This document shows positions 44,773 to 54,615 of a DNA stretch of 64,000 bases, one piece after another. How positions within the stretch are numbered: the stretch's first letter is position 1; each line of letters opens with the position of its first letter. Source of the DNA: Candidatus Aminicenantales bacterium (GTDB taxonomy: Bacteria > Acidobacteriota > Aminicenantia > Aminicenantales > Saccharicenantaceae). The notes under the pieces were generated by a model, which did no database searches, was not told where the DNA came from, and saw nothing but the letters and a program-made list of their open reading frames with translations. A program made the translations under genes and the position numbers. The stretch covers positions 1 through 64,000 of the forward strand of contig JBEKXF010000015.1 in the NCBI GenBank assembly GCA_049512315.1, written 5' to 3'.

Positions 44773-46035
44773 TTAAAAATCATACGTCAAATTCAGCCCG
44801 TAAAAATACCGTTTATTGTTCTCCGAGACAAGGTTCGAAATCCGGGCCCAGCGGCTGCCGATGACGCCAAGCGCGACCTTCTTTTTGATCCGGAAATAGA
44901 TCCCCGCCGAGTGGACGCGGTAATCGTCCAACCGTTTGACATTCGTGCCGCCGCCGATCGGCTGGACTTCAGGATACCTGTTCCGTCCGAGCGAATAGTC
45001 GTAGTCGAGACGCACGAACTTCAGCATGTAGAACGACGCTCCGGGGCCGATCGTATTTTCGAGATAGTAGGCGTTGCTGTACCAGAGAGAGAAGTCCACA
45101 TCTCTCTTATAGGAGGCCCTGACCACGAACGGCCTGGCCAGCCGCACGGAAACCTGCGCGTCCCCCACAAGTCCTCGGTAATCCGTCTCCTCCGGATTCT
45201 TGATGTCGAATATCTTATAGCCGACGCGCACCTTCCCCCGGATCCTCCCCGTAGGCGAAAACTCGAACCCCCCATAAGCCGCCCGGCTCTGGGAGTCCTT
45301 GAGCGCCGCTGTATCGGCGAAAGCGAATTTATACACGCCGTACTCGAGGTCCAGGAAAAACTTCGTCCGGGACGTGACCTGGTAATAGGCCGAAAGGTCG
45401 AAATACTGTTCTTTCCGGTTCAGCTGCTCCCGGACATTGAAGATGTCGAAGACCAGGCTCTCATAATCATACTTGGCTTCCCGATAGCTCAGCGAAAGCG
45501 ACGTCCGACGCGAAGTCTGCACGAGGAACGAGCCGCCCAGACCGTCCTCCTTGCGCCTTGGCCGGATGTCGATCTCAGTGTTCCAATGCTCGCGGGCGTC
45601 GGAATAATTAATATCGAAGGACAGGAAAACACTCTTCAAGTTGAGCGCGGCGCTCCCAGTTAAATAGTAGTTCCAAGTCCTCTCCTGCTTGGTTTTGAAA
45701 TAATGGACATACTGGGGCGAGGCGGTTCCGGAAAGGATGAGTTTCTGGTAAATGGGAAGATAAACGGTGACCGCCGGGCCCGCCGTCAATGTGTAATCCT
45801 TTATGGGATTCCCCGAATAATAAATATTGGAATCGACGCCGGCGTTCGACAGCACGAGGGCCGGCTGAATGCGGAAAGGCCCGAAACGCCAGGCCGCCTT
45901 GCGCCAGAGGGCCTCGAGCTCTTTGCCTTTCCAGGTTTCGGCGAAAGATGGACATACGCCAGCTATGAGTAAGGCCATGGCCGCGATCGGGATTCGCCGC
46001 CCAAACATGCGCTTTACCAAACGAATCCTATTCAT
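44773..46035 (-). CDS. Outer-membrane beta-barrel protein associated with EPS export
   Basis: Signal peptide, DSNIY motif, amphipathic strands, C-terminal LTYDF; adjacent to short Wza; start uncertain. Confidence 0.75.
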   Translation of the reverse strand: MNRIRLVKRMFGRRIPIAAMALLIAGVCPSFAETWKGKELEALWRKAAWRFGPFRIQPALVLSNAGVDSNIYYSGNPIKDYTLTAGPAVTVYLPIYQKLILSGTASPQYVHYFKTKQERTWNYYLTGSAALNLKSVFLSFDINYSDAREHWNTEIDIRPRRKEDGLGGSFLVQTSRRTSLSLSYREAKYDYESLVFDIFNVREQLNRKEQYFDLSAYYQVTSRTKFFLDLEYGVYKFAFADTAALKDSQSRAAYGGFEFSPTGRIRGKVRVGYKIFDIKNPEETDYRGLVGDAQVSVRLARPFVVRASYKRDVDFSLWYSNAYYLENTIGPGASFYMLKFVRLDYDYSLGRNRYPEVQPIGGGTNVKRLDDYRVHSAGIYFRIKKKVALGVIGSRWARISNLVSENNKRYFYGLNLTYDF

Positions 46036-46101
46036 TCGGGTTTCACACGGCTTCAGCGCCGGGACCAAACGCTTTCGGCTTATTCATCAGCACGATATCC
46101 G

Positions 46102-46794
46102 CTATTTGCTCAGGATCGATTCAGCTTTTTGGGCGTCTTCGAGGAACATTTGCACGGTCTCTTTGGAATACGGATGGACGATCATTCCTTTAATGAGCTC
46201 CGGGACCACGGTCACGATGTGCCCGCCCGCTTCCAGCCATTCGATGACGTTCAACACTTCGCGCGTCGAGCCGACGATGATTTTCGTCTTGAGACCCTGG
46301 GTGTCGATGACACGCCTGGCCTTTCTTATTTCTTCGATGCAATTGTAACCCATGTTGTTGACGCGCCCCCCGAAGAGCGAGACGTACGTCGCCCCGGCCA
46401 ACGCTCCAAGGAGACACTGCTGGGCGCTCATCATAGCCGTCATATTCACCCGGATATCATAATCTTTTTCCAATTGATGTGCGACCTCGAAATTCTCCAT
46501 TTCCCCATTTGGGCCATGAACGGTTATTTTGACATTGATATTCTTGGCCCACTGGGCCAATTCCCGGCCTTGGTCAATCATCAGCTTGGGGTCGTTCGTG
46601 GTCACCTCGACCGAAAGTGGATAAGGCTTGATCAATTCGGCGATCTCGATCGACCTTTTTCTTATCGCTTCCCTTCCTCCGGTGACTCCGGATTTCAGGA
46701 GGATCGTGGGATTCGTGGTTACGCCGCGGATAATCCCCATGCGCATGAATTTTTCGACATCTTCTATTTTCCCAGTATCAAGAAATATCGCCAT
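46102..46794 (-). CDS. Transaldolase (MipB/TalC subfamily)
   Basis: IFLDT, GVTTNPT, SVEV (Glu), Schiff-base Lys in NINVKI, YVSLFGGR (Phe): transaldolase-type rather than FSA-type residues. Confidence 0.88.
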   Translation of the reverse strand: MAIFLDTGKIEDVEKFMRMGIIRGVTTNPTILLKSGVTGGREAIRKRSIEIAELIKPYPLSVEVTTNDPKLMIDQGRELAQWAKNINVKITVHGPNGEMENFEVAHQLEKDYDIRVNMTAMMSAQQCLLGALAGATYVSLFGGRVNNMGYNCIEEIRKARRVIDTQGLKTKIIVGSTREVLNVIEWLEAGGHIVTVVPELIKGMIVHPYSKETVQMFLEDAQKAESILSK

Positions 46795-47401
46795 TCTTCT
46801 CTCCCTTCGCGACGGATTCCCACTTCATTTCGTTTTGTTTCAATTCCGGATGACTCACCAGGAGATGCCAAATAACCGCTTGAAAAGCTTCGGTATGGGG
46901 CGTAATGGTCTCCGTATCGACGGGGGGTATAACAACGCACGCGTCCGCATGGAGCGCCGTGTGGCCCCCGTTTCGGCCGACAATTCCCAAAACTTTTGCT
47001 TTCCTCTCTTTGGCATATTGTACAGCCCGGACTATATTGGGGCTCACGTTCTTGGCGACGTCCCCTCCCCCCACCGAAAAAACGAAAATAGCATCCCCGG
47101 CGCTAAGCCTACTCTGGCGCAGCCAATTCACAAAAACGGTTTCCCATCCGTCATCATTGGTCCGGGCGGAGAGCTCGGAGACGTTGTCCACCGGAGTATA
47201 TGCTTCGAATCCGCAGATCTTTCGAAAATCATTGACGGCATGAGAGGCGTTCGCAGCGCTCCCCCCCACTCCAAGAAAGAAGATTCGCCCATGATCCTTC
47301 TTTATCTCTTTTAGGACATCGATCATTCGGCAGACCTGGGACCGATCGACTTTATCGATAATCCGGGAAGCCGTCTGGAGGTATCTTTCAACATATTCCA
47401 T
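46778..47401 (-). CDS. gmhA: SIS-domain sugar-phosphate isomerase (GmhA-like)
   Basis: GVGGSAANASHAVND, SARTNDDG and PHTEAFQ motifs. Confidence 0.8.
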   Translation of the reverse strand: MEYVERYLQTASRIIDKVDRSQVCRMIDVLKEIKKDHGRIFFLGVGGSAANASHAVNDFRKICGFEAYTPVDNVSELSARTNDDGWETVFVNWLRQSRLSAGDAIFVFSVGGGDVAKNVSPNIVRAVQYAKERKAKVLGIVGRNGGHTALHADACVVIPPVDTETITPHTEAFQAVIWHLLVSHPELKQNEMKWESVAKGEKNGDIS

Positions 47402-48590
47402 GATTCTTCCCTCCCAACGGGTTCAACCCATAGTTCTTTGGAGAAGGCCGGTCCTTCACGAAATCCTCAAGGTAACGACGCGCGGTTTCCGTTATCGAAA
47501 ACTCTTTCGGGTCATAAAATCTGCTATCCACAAATCGGTGGAGATCTTGAATGGATCGGAATGTGCTCAAAGGGGATGGAATTGCCGAAAACCCTCTCTC
47601 TTTTTTCTGGATGTGTAGAAAGGTCGGCTCTTTGACCCTGCCGGCTAATAGTCGGACCGCTTTTTCCCCCAGAATCTCGGCAGCCTTCTTATCCACAGAA
47701 ATTGGCGCCCCGCTTCGATAAAGATAGGAAGGATTAATGGCATTGATGTTCCTCGTGTCAAACCGGCCTTGGATATCCTTTTTCAACTTTGCTGCGACCG
47801 CGGCAGCGGCCCCGCCGAACCTTGGGTGGTCAAAACCCTCCAGATCGTCCTTCCCTGCATGGATGTATGAATCATCGTCCCACTTGGCGCCTTCCGCGAC
47901 CACGACAATGACGTGCCTTTGTTTCTTGTATCTATCGATAATTTTTTCGAGCAAAATATCATACGAGACCGGGAATTCGGGAATGACAATGAAATCGGGA
48001 CGCCCCATGCCCGAGGCAAGGGCAAGCCAACCGGCGTGCATTCCCATGGATTCGACGATCATGATACGCTCATGAGAATAGGCGGTCGTCCGAAGGCCCT
48101 CTCGATAGCTAACAAAAGAGGCGATTTTGTCGGCCGCCGTTGGGAAACCTAGGGTGAAATAATTGAAAACTTTCTTTGTCTCAATATCGCCCTCGCGGTT
48201 GATCCGCCCAACATCGTTATCTATTGTTTTCGAGATCATGACCTGGGGGAACGCCTTCAATAGGAAGCAATTAGATAGGGTATCCTCTCCGCCAATGACG
48301 ATCAATCCATCAAGCGCCTCACGTTCAAGATTGGCTAGTGCCCGTGAAATTCCATTCTCCGCCCGGGAAATATTGACACGAGAGGATCTCAAGATCGTCC
48401 CGCCGATAAGGGGGTCTATTTTCACCTTATTGAGCTCGACAAAGTTAGATTCCAGAACGCCATTCCATCCATCAAGGAAGCCGACAATATTGATCTTCTC
48501 ATCCTCCGCGGCCCTTTTTGCGGCCGCGATCACAGCGTTGAGCGGGGGAACGTCGCCTCCCCCCGTCAGGATCCCAATGCATTTCTTCAT
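47388..48590 (-). CDS. PfkA-family phosphofructokinase, probably PPi-dependent
   Basis: TGGGDVP.LNA, GGTILRSSR, GGEDT, SKTIDND and MG.HAGWL motifs; Asp and Lys at the two donor-specificity positions. Confidence 0.85.
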   Translation of the reverse strand: MKKCIGILTGGGDVPPLNAVIAAAKRAAEDEKINIVGFLDGWNGVLESNFVELNKVKIDPLIGGTILRSSRVNISRAENGISRALANLEREALDGLIVIGGEDTLSNCFLLKAFPQVMISKTIDNDVGRINREGDIETKKVFNYFTLGFPTAADKIASFVSYREGLRTTAYSHERIMIVESMGMHAGWLALASGMGRPDFIVIPEFPVSYDILLEKIIDRYKKQRHVIVVVAEGAKWDDDSYIHAGKDDLEGFDHPRFGGAAAAVAAKLKKDIQGRFDTRNINAINPSYLYRSGAPISVDKKAAEILGEKAVRLLAGRVKEPTFLHIQKKERGFSAIPSPLSTFRSIQDLHRFVDSRFYDPKEFSITETARRYLEDFVKDRPSPKNYGLNPLGGKNHGIC

Positions 48591-49621
48591 GTTTCTGATT
48601 CGATCAGGACTGGCTTATTTTCTTTATCTGAACGATAGACAGCTTCTATCATCCTGTTGGCCATAAGTCCATCGTATCCAGATCCTAACGGCTCCCTCCC
48701 CTCTTCAACCGCCGAAAGGAATTCTCTCCACTCCTCCTGCCAGGAGATATCAGGACCCGGATATTCGATGACCTTTTCTTCGGGAGGGCCGCCGGCATAT
48801 CCCTTTGCGCCTATTTTTCTGGTGCCGATAATAAGTCTCTCCTGGCCGTAGCTCCCGCCCAAGCCATCAACAATCAAATATCCTTTCTCTCCAAAGATTT
48901 CGAAAAGGAATTTGTTTTTCCATTGGCTCCAGCTCGTGTGCATCATGGCCAGCTTACCCGCTTTTGTCCGGAACAGGGCAAAAGCATTATCTTCAACGCC
49001 CATGTTCCAAGCATAGGTTGCCGTTCTCCCGTAAGCCTCCTCGAACTCACCCATGAACCAACGGAATAGATCCATCACGTGGACGCCCTGATCCAGCAGT
49101 TCCCCACCTCCGCAAATCTCTCGGTTTGCCCGCCATTCTTTTTCGTAACCGGGTCTGCCCCCGTGGCCATAAACACACCGAATGTAATAGATCTGGCCCA
49201 CCGCTCCTTCCGAGGCAAGCCTTTTCGCCTCCCAAATTGCGGAGTGATGTCTATGGTTGAATCCAGTTTTGAGGATTTTTCCTGTCTCCTGCGCGGCAAA
49301 AAAGATATCTGCGGCTTCACCAGCAGTCCGGCCCAAGGGTTTTTCGCATAGGACATGCCGTCCTTTCCGCAGGGCAAACACCGCGATATCCTTCAAAAAA
49401 CAATTCGGCGTGGCAATAATGATGGCATCGACGGCGCTTTCCCGGAGGAGTTTGCGCCAATCATCGTACGCACTAGCCCCATGACGGGCAGCCAGCGAAA
49501 GAGCTTTTTCAGGCTCTACATCACAGACACTTGAAAGCGTACATTTTTCGGGAAAGGCCTTTAGCGAATCTGCCCTTTTCCCGCCGATAAGCCCCGCGCC
49601 GATAATCCCAACCTTAATCAT
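48587..49621 (-). CDS. Gfo/Idh/MocA family oxidoreductase
   Basis: GAGLIG, CEKP, GFNHR and GGGELLDQGVH motifs. Confidence 0.92.
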   Translation of the reverse strand: MIKVGIIGAGLIGGKRADSLKAFPEKCTLSSVCDVEPEKALSLAARHGASAYDDWRKLLRESAVDAIIIATPNCFLKDIAVFALRKGRHVLCEKPLGRTAGEAADIFFAAQETGKILKTGFNHRHHSAIWEAKRLASEGAVGQIYYIRCVYGHGGRPGYEKEWRANREICGGGELLDQGVHVMDLFRWFMGEFEEAYGRTATYAWNMGVEDNAFALFRTKAGKLAMMHTSWSQWKNKFLFEIFGEKGYLIVDGLGGSYGQERLIIGTRKIGAKGYAGGPPEEKVIEYPGPDISWQEEWREFLSAVEEGREPLGSGYDGLMANRMIEAVYRSDKENKPVLIESET

Positions 49622-50466
49622 TTTCCTGTCTTTACGAAATTCCTGCCATCGATCCGTCTGAGCGTATATAGGTCCCTATCTAATTGCGTTGGAACACTAT
49701 TCATCCATTCTTTCCAGGGATCCCACACGGCACTGATATTCCGGCCCGTGAGCCAATTCGAGGATTCCGAGGCTAGATAAGAAACGAGCTGGGCCACGTT
49801 CTCGGGATCGTCAAACCCGGAGCTCATCCTTTTTTGCAGTTGGATGAACTCTTCGCCCGCCTTCTTATAGCCCGCACTCAGCGTCTCTTCAATCATTCGC
49901 GTCCTGATAACGCCTGGAGAGACAGCGTTGACTTGAATGTTATACTCCCCTAACTCCTCGGCCAGCGTCTCCGTAAGCCTGACGACAGCCGCCTTTGATG
50001 CTCCATAAGCGGAAAAATAAGGCCTCGGCGCATTCGCGCCCCCCCCTGCAAAATTGATGATTTTGCCCGCCTTTTCGGCCTTGAATGCGGGCACAAACGT
50101 TTTACAGCAGATGACTGTGCCGATCAGATTGACATTAACGGTCCGGATCCATTCGGCGGTATCGTTTTCCGCTAACTCCCCTATCGGACCCTGAATCCCC
50201 GCCGCATTGATCAGCACGTTAACGCGTCCATACAGGTTCAAGAGCTTATCTTTTAGGGATAAAACCATGTTGGGGTTCGCGATATCGAGCGCGAAACCGG
50301 CGATATTGCCAAGAGTCCCCAGATCCCGTACAACTGTGTTTACGGAGGTCTCCGAGAGAGACACTATCGCCAGTGAAGCCCCTTCCCGAAGCAGTTTTCC
50401 CGCGATGACCCTGCCGATTCCGCCGCCTCCGCCGGTCAGGACAACAACCTTGTTTGCCAAGAGCAT
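49618..50466 (-). CDS. SDR family oxidoreductase
   Basis: TGGGGGIG, NAAG and YGASK motifs. Confidence 0.92.
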   Translation of the reverse strand: MLLANKVVVLTGGGGGIGRVIAGKLLREGASLAIVSLSETSVNTVVRDLGTLGNIAGFALDIANPNMVLSLKDKLLNLYGRVNVLINAAGIQGPIGELAENDTAEWIRTVNVNLIGTVICCKTFVPAFKAEKAGKIINFAGGGANAPRPYFSAYGASKAAVVRLTETLAEELGEYNIQVNAVSPGVIRTRMIEETLSAGYKKAGEEFIQLQKRMSSGFDDPENVAQLVSYLASESSNWLTGRNISAVWDPWKEWMNSVPTQLDRDLYTLRRIDGRNFVKTGK

Positions 50467-50469
50467 GTC

Positions 50470-51471
50470 CTACTTAACTCCATTGACGAAATTCGCCAAG
50501 ACTTTCGTCCCTTCAAGGTCGAATCGGTAGCGCATCTCCCGAAGCTCCATCGTCTTCATGGCCCTGCGAAAGTCCGAATGGTCCTTTTCCACATAGAACA
50601 AGAAAAAGCCTCCGCCGCCCGCCCCTATAAGCTTGCCGCCCAAGGCCCCATTCGCTTTAGCATTTTTATAGATTTCATCAAACCAGGGACTCGATATTTT
50701 ATCGGAAATACGCTTCTTGTACTTCCAGTGTTCATCGAAGAGCAGCCCCACGTCAGTCAGGTTTCCGGTCTCGACTGCCTCAAGTATCTTATAACCGAGG
50801 TCCCTAATATAATGGAGGCTTTCGACAACGGTGCCGTTATTTTGAACCACCCTCTGACTTTGTTCGGCCAAGATCGTATCCGCACTTCGGGACTTTTGGG
50901 TATAAAACATCATGAGATTCCGGTTCAGGTCGTCCAGGCAAAATTCGGGGAGTTGCGGCGACCTTACCTCGACTTTCCCTTGCGTACTGATCTCCAGGAC
51001 TCGAAGGCCCCCGAAGGACGCCATATATTGGTCCTGCTTGCCGATCGGTTTTCTAAGACGATTAATCTCCAGATCACAGGCCTGCTCCGCTAATTCCTTG
51101 AGCGAAATATATTCCCTTTTCATGCTGTGCAGGGCATTGAGGAGGCCGACCGCATAGCAGCTCGACGAGCCCAAACCCGTGCCAGCTGGGACATCCGCCA
51201 TGGAAGAGATTTCCAGCGAATCTTCGATGCCCATCATGCGCATGGCCTCCTTGGCTATGTCATGTTTCAATTCTTCCCTGTTGCTGACCGTTTCGGACAC
51301 GGAATATTTAACGCGCACGAGATTGTCCACGATCGGGCGATTGATATTGATAAACATGTACTTGTTAATGCCCGCGGCAAAAATGAATCCCCCGTATTTT
51401 TCATAATAGGAAGGAAGATCCGTCCCTCCGCCGCCGAGGGTAAATCGGAACGGAGTTCTTGTGATGATCAT
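50470..51471 (-). CDS. hddA: GHMP kinase, heptose-7-phosphate 1-kinase-like
   Basis: TPFRFTLGGGGTD, PAGTGLGSS, GKQDQY and GAGGGG motifs. Confidence 0.85.
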   Translation of the reverse strand: MIITRTPFRFTLGGGGTDLPSYYEKYGGFIFAAGINKYMFININRPIVDNLVRVKYSVSETVSNREELKHDIAKEAMRMMGIEDSLEISSMADVPAGTGLGSSSCYAVGLLNALHSMKREYISLKELAEQACDLEINRLRKPIGKQDQYMASFGGLRVLEISTQGKVEVRSPQLPEFCLDDLNRNLMMFYTQKSRSADTILAEQSQRVVQNNGTVVESLHYIRDLGYKILEAVETGNLTDVGLLFDEHWKYKKRISDKISSPWFDEIYKNAKANGALGGKLIGAGGGGFFLFYVEKDHSDFRRAMKTMELREMRYRFDLEGTKVLANFVNGVK

Positions 51472-51514
51472 GGCAATCCCTCCATCATCTCCCCGCGCTA
51501 TTAACAGATAAGCG

Positions 51515-52216
51515 CTATGACTCCAGGACCCTGTTGAGAAGGTCGTAATGGTCGATAGCTAGGACTTTGATCCCCAATTTATAAGCAAATAACTGCTCCC
51601 CGCGTTCAAGAAGACGAGGGAATATATCAAAAGAAAAATCGGAGAATCCGCTAGGCAGGTGCTCGAAAATCCTCGGATTGAACCAAAACACGCCGGCGTT
51701 GACCCAGTGGCTGAAGACTTCTTCGGGCTTCGGCTTTTCAACAAACTGGAGAATCCGGTCTCCTTCGCCGATCTCCACGATTCCGCTTCCCGAGACATCC
51801 TCCAGCTCGAACACGGCGATTGTTCCTAGTCCGTCGCGGGCCTTCGAAATCCTGGCGAACTCTTTGTAGTCGATATCAAGGATATTGTCTCCGTAAACGA
51901 CCAGAAAAGGGGCTCCGGCCAAGGATGGCTCTAAGTTTTTCACGGCCCCAGCCGTTCCAAGAATCTCGGGTTCCAATGAATATTGAATCTTGACTCCCCA
52001 TTTCGAGCCATCTGAAAAATATGCTCGGATGACATCAGGAAGATAATGAAGGTTGATGATGATATCCCGGATTCCGTGCTTTGCCAGGCCCTCAATATGA
52101 TATTGGAGAACCGGCTTCCCATTTATGGGAACCATGACCTTTGGCACCCGGTCGGTCAAGGGCCGCAATCGCGTCCCCTTGCCCGCTGCAAGGAGGACAG
52201 CCTTTAGTGCCATCAT
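51515..52216 (-). CDS. NDP-sugar pyrophosphorylase (HddC-like nucleotidyltransferase)
   Basis: LAAGKGTRLRP..PK, LGTAGA, VYGDN and EKP motifs. Confidence 0.9.
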   Translation of the reverse strand: MMALKAVLLAAGKGTRLRPLTDRVPKVMVPINGKPVLQYHIEGLAKHGIRDIIINLHYLPDVIRAYFSDGSKWGVKIQYSLEPEILGTAGAVKNLEPSLAGAPFLVVYGDNILDIDYKEFARISKARDGLGTIAVFELEDVSGSGIVEIGEGDRILQFVEKPKPEEVFSHWVNAGVFWFNPRIFEHLPSGFSDFSFDIFPRLLERGEQLFAYKLGIKVLAIDHYDLLNRVLES

Positions 52217-53163
52217 ACCCTGCCCAATTTAATCTCATTTTCAATATATCGAATCGATTCCCTAAGGCCGTCTCTAAGCGATGTTTTGGGAATCCATCCT
52301 AATTTTGTTGCTTCAGAGATGTCTGCAAGAGTCTCTTGAGCCTCGCCTGTGAGGTTGGGCTTGAAGACCGGCTCGGGTCTTTTCCCCAATAATTCACAGA
52401 TAACATCGAAGATTTCCCTAACTGAATAGTTCACGCCGGAGCCGAGATTGAAAGTTTTATTGCTGGTCTTCTCATCGTTCAAACATTGAATGTGAAAATC
52501 GTTGACATCGTCGATGTATACGAAATCTCTTCTTTTTTCGCCTGTGCCATAGATTATCGGGCGCTCCCCTTTCAAGAGCTTAATAATGAACGCGCTCATG
52601 ACCGGCGGAACTGTCCGTCGATAATCCTGGACGGGTCCATAGACGCAGAAATACCGAAGCGCCGTGAATTCGATATCGTGGTATCTGCGATAAGCGTCTG
52701 CAAAAAGCCTGGCGGCAGCCTTGCTTGTTGCATAGAAGCTTTGGGGTTTGACTTCCGTTTCCGGCGTGGGAAAAACGGACGATCCCTCATAGAGGGCGGA
52801 TGATTCTGCATAAATAATTTTTTTGACTCCTGCCAACCTGGCCGAGTCAATAACGTTCACAGTTCCGGTCACATTGATATCGGCAGTTTCTGCCGGGTCT
52901 TGCTGACAATCCGAAATGCAGTTCTTGGCGGCAAAATGAAAAACGACATCGACTCCCTTAAATAACTCACGCAACGCATGGCTGCGGATATCGACTTGAA
53001 AAAACCTCGCCCCTTCAGGGACATTCTCTCTCAATCCATAACTGAGGTAATCAACGCCTTCAACCTCATAAAGAGTCCTCCCTGGCTGCCCGTTCTCCTT
53101 GAGAAGGCGCCTAGCGAGATTACTCCCGATAAAGCCGGCGATACCAGTGATCATAATTTTCAT
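52213..53163 (-). CDS. NAD-dependent epimerase/dehydratase
   Basis: TGIAGFIGS, YATSK, RYFCVYGP and RDFVYIDD motifs. Confidence 0.92.
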   Translation of the reverse strand: MKIMITGIAGFIGSNLARRLLKENGQPGRTLYEVEGVDYLSYGLRENVPEGARFFQVDIRSHALRELFKGVDVVFHFAAKNCISDCQQDPAETADINVTGTVNVIDSARLAGVKKIIYAESSALYEGSSVFPTPETEVKPQSFYATSKAAARLFADAYRRYHDIEFTALRYFCVYGPVQDYRRTVPPVMSAFIIKLLKGERPIIYGTGEKRRDFVYIDDVNDFHIQCLNDEKTSNKTFNLGSGVNYSVREIFDVICELLGKRPEPVFKPNLTGEAQETLADISEATKLGWIPKTSLRDGLRESIRYIENEIKLGRV

Positions 53164-53164
53164 A

Positions 53165-54586
53165 TCATGCCCCCGTTCCTCTCAGAACGGCCGGTATTGT
53201 CCTCAGCAAAATCTTCAAGTCAAGACCTAATGACCAGTTTTCGATGTAAGCCAAGTCCAACCTAACCCATTCATTAAAATCCTTGATTTGATTGCGCCCG
53301 CTGACCTGCCAAAGGCAGGTTATGCCTGGTTTAATGCTCAGCTTCTTGCGGTGCCAATTTTCATATCGGGCGAGCTCGTGGGGTCCCGCGGGCCTCGGAC
53401 CGACCATGCTCATGTCTCCTTTGAAAACGCTCCAGAGCTGGGGAAGCTCATCAAGGCTGAATTTCCGAAGGATTCTTCCAATCCGATTAATTCTGGGATC
53501 GTCTTTGATTTTGAAGACGGGGCCGGTCATCTCATTTCTTTCCATAAGGTCCTTTTTTTGTTCGTCGGCATTCGGGATCATCGTCCTGAACTTCCAGCTT
53601 ATAAACGGCTTTTTATTTAATCCAACGACATTCCATCGATAGAATATCGGTCCCTTTGATGTGACCTTTATTAGGGCGCTGATAATAAGGAATAGTGGGC
53701 TGAGCAGTATCAAAAGAATTCCAGATAAGAACAGGTCGCTGGCTCTCTTGGCATAAAGAGCCATCTCGTCGTCCGGCACACTTATGAAGCTTATGATGTT
53801 GATTCCGTAAAAATCATCAACCCGGATTTTTTTGGCGATTCCACTCAAAAAATCTGAATAAAGCCTAACCTGTACTCCCTCGCGACCACAGGATTCAAGG
53901 GTCTCCTTCACTTTCTCAATGTTGCCGTCCGAACTGCAAATTACTATCTCGTCAATGATATTTTCGTGAAGAATTGTCTCAATCTGACTGACGTTGCCCA
54001 GAACCTTCTTATTATATTTTGTTTCAGGGGCGTCCTTCGCATCCGTCCTTACAAAGCCAATAATATTGATTCCGGGGCCGAAGTTCCCTTTGACGATCTC
54101 AATAAATCGTTCTGCTTCTTTCCCTGTTCCAATAATCAAGATGCTTCTTCGGTTTATCCCCTTTTTTCTTAGCATTCTGGCTGCGTAAAAAAGAATAATC
54201 TTTTCAATGGAAAGACATCCGATATTAATTCCCCCGAAAACAGCCACGAAAGTTCGGGGAAGGTGGCCGAACCGCAAAAGGAAATTGGCCAACATCAGGG
54301 CGATGATTCCATAAATCGCTGTTTTGATGACGATCTTCATTTCCCTTTTCAGGGAAGTAAGTCGCTGGTACGAATAGGCCTGTTGAAGGGAAAGCAGAAT
54401 CACCCAGACAATTGATAAACCCAAAACAAGCCAATAAGTATATCGGGATATGGTAATGGGATGCGGGATTCCCGTTTTCAGCCTGAATAGATCCCACACA
54501 AGATATGCCAAAATCGCGCTGCCAACTGTCGTCAGGCCATCTGCGATTTGCAAGAGTCTCTTATGGGAAGGTGGGCGCCAGAGCAT
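53165..54586 (-). CDS. Priming undecaprenyl-phosphate sugar phosphotransferase (WcaJ/CpsE family)
   Basis: N-terminal TM helices plus KRASD, KFRTM, DDPR, SLDELPQL, VGPRP and KPGITCLWQV. Confidence 0.93.
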   Translation of the reverse strand: MLWRPPSHKRLLQIADGLTTVGSAILAYLVWDLFRLKTGIPHPITISRYTYWLVLGLSIVWVILLSLQQAYSYQRLTSLKREMKIVIKTAIYGIIALMLANFLLRFGHLPRTFVAVFGGINIGCLSIEKIILFYAARMLRKKGINRRSILIIGTGKEAERFIEIVKGNFGPGINIIGFVRTDAKDAPETKYNKKVLGNVSQIETILHENIIDEIVICSSDGNIEKVKETLESCGREGVQVRLYSDFLSGIAKKIRVDDFYGINIISFISVPDDEMALYAKRASDLFLSGILLILLSPLFLIISALIKVTSKGPIFYRWNVVGLNKKPFISWKFRTMIPNADEQKKDLMERNEMTGPVFKIKDDPRINRIGRILRKFSLDELPQLWSVFKGDMSMVGPRPAGPHELARYENWHRKKLSIKPGITCLWQVSGRNQIKDFNEWVRLDLAYIENWSLGLDLKILLRTIPAVLRGTGA

Positions 54587-54615
54587 TCAATTCCCCGTAT
54601 TTAAAAAATAACTTC

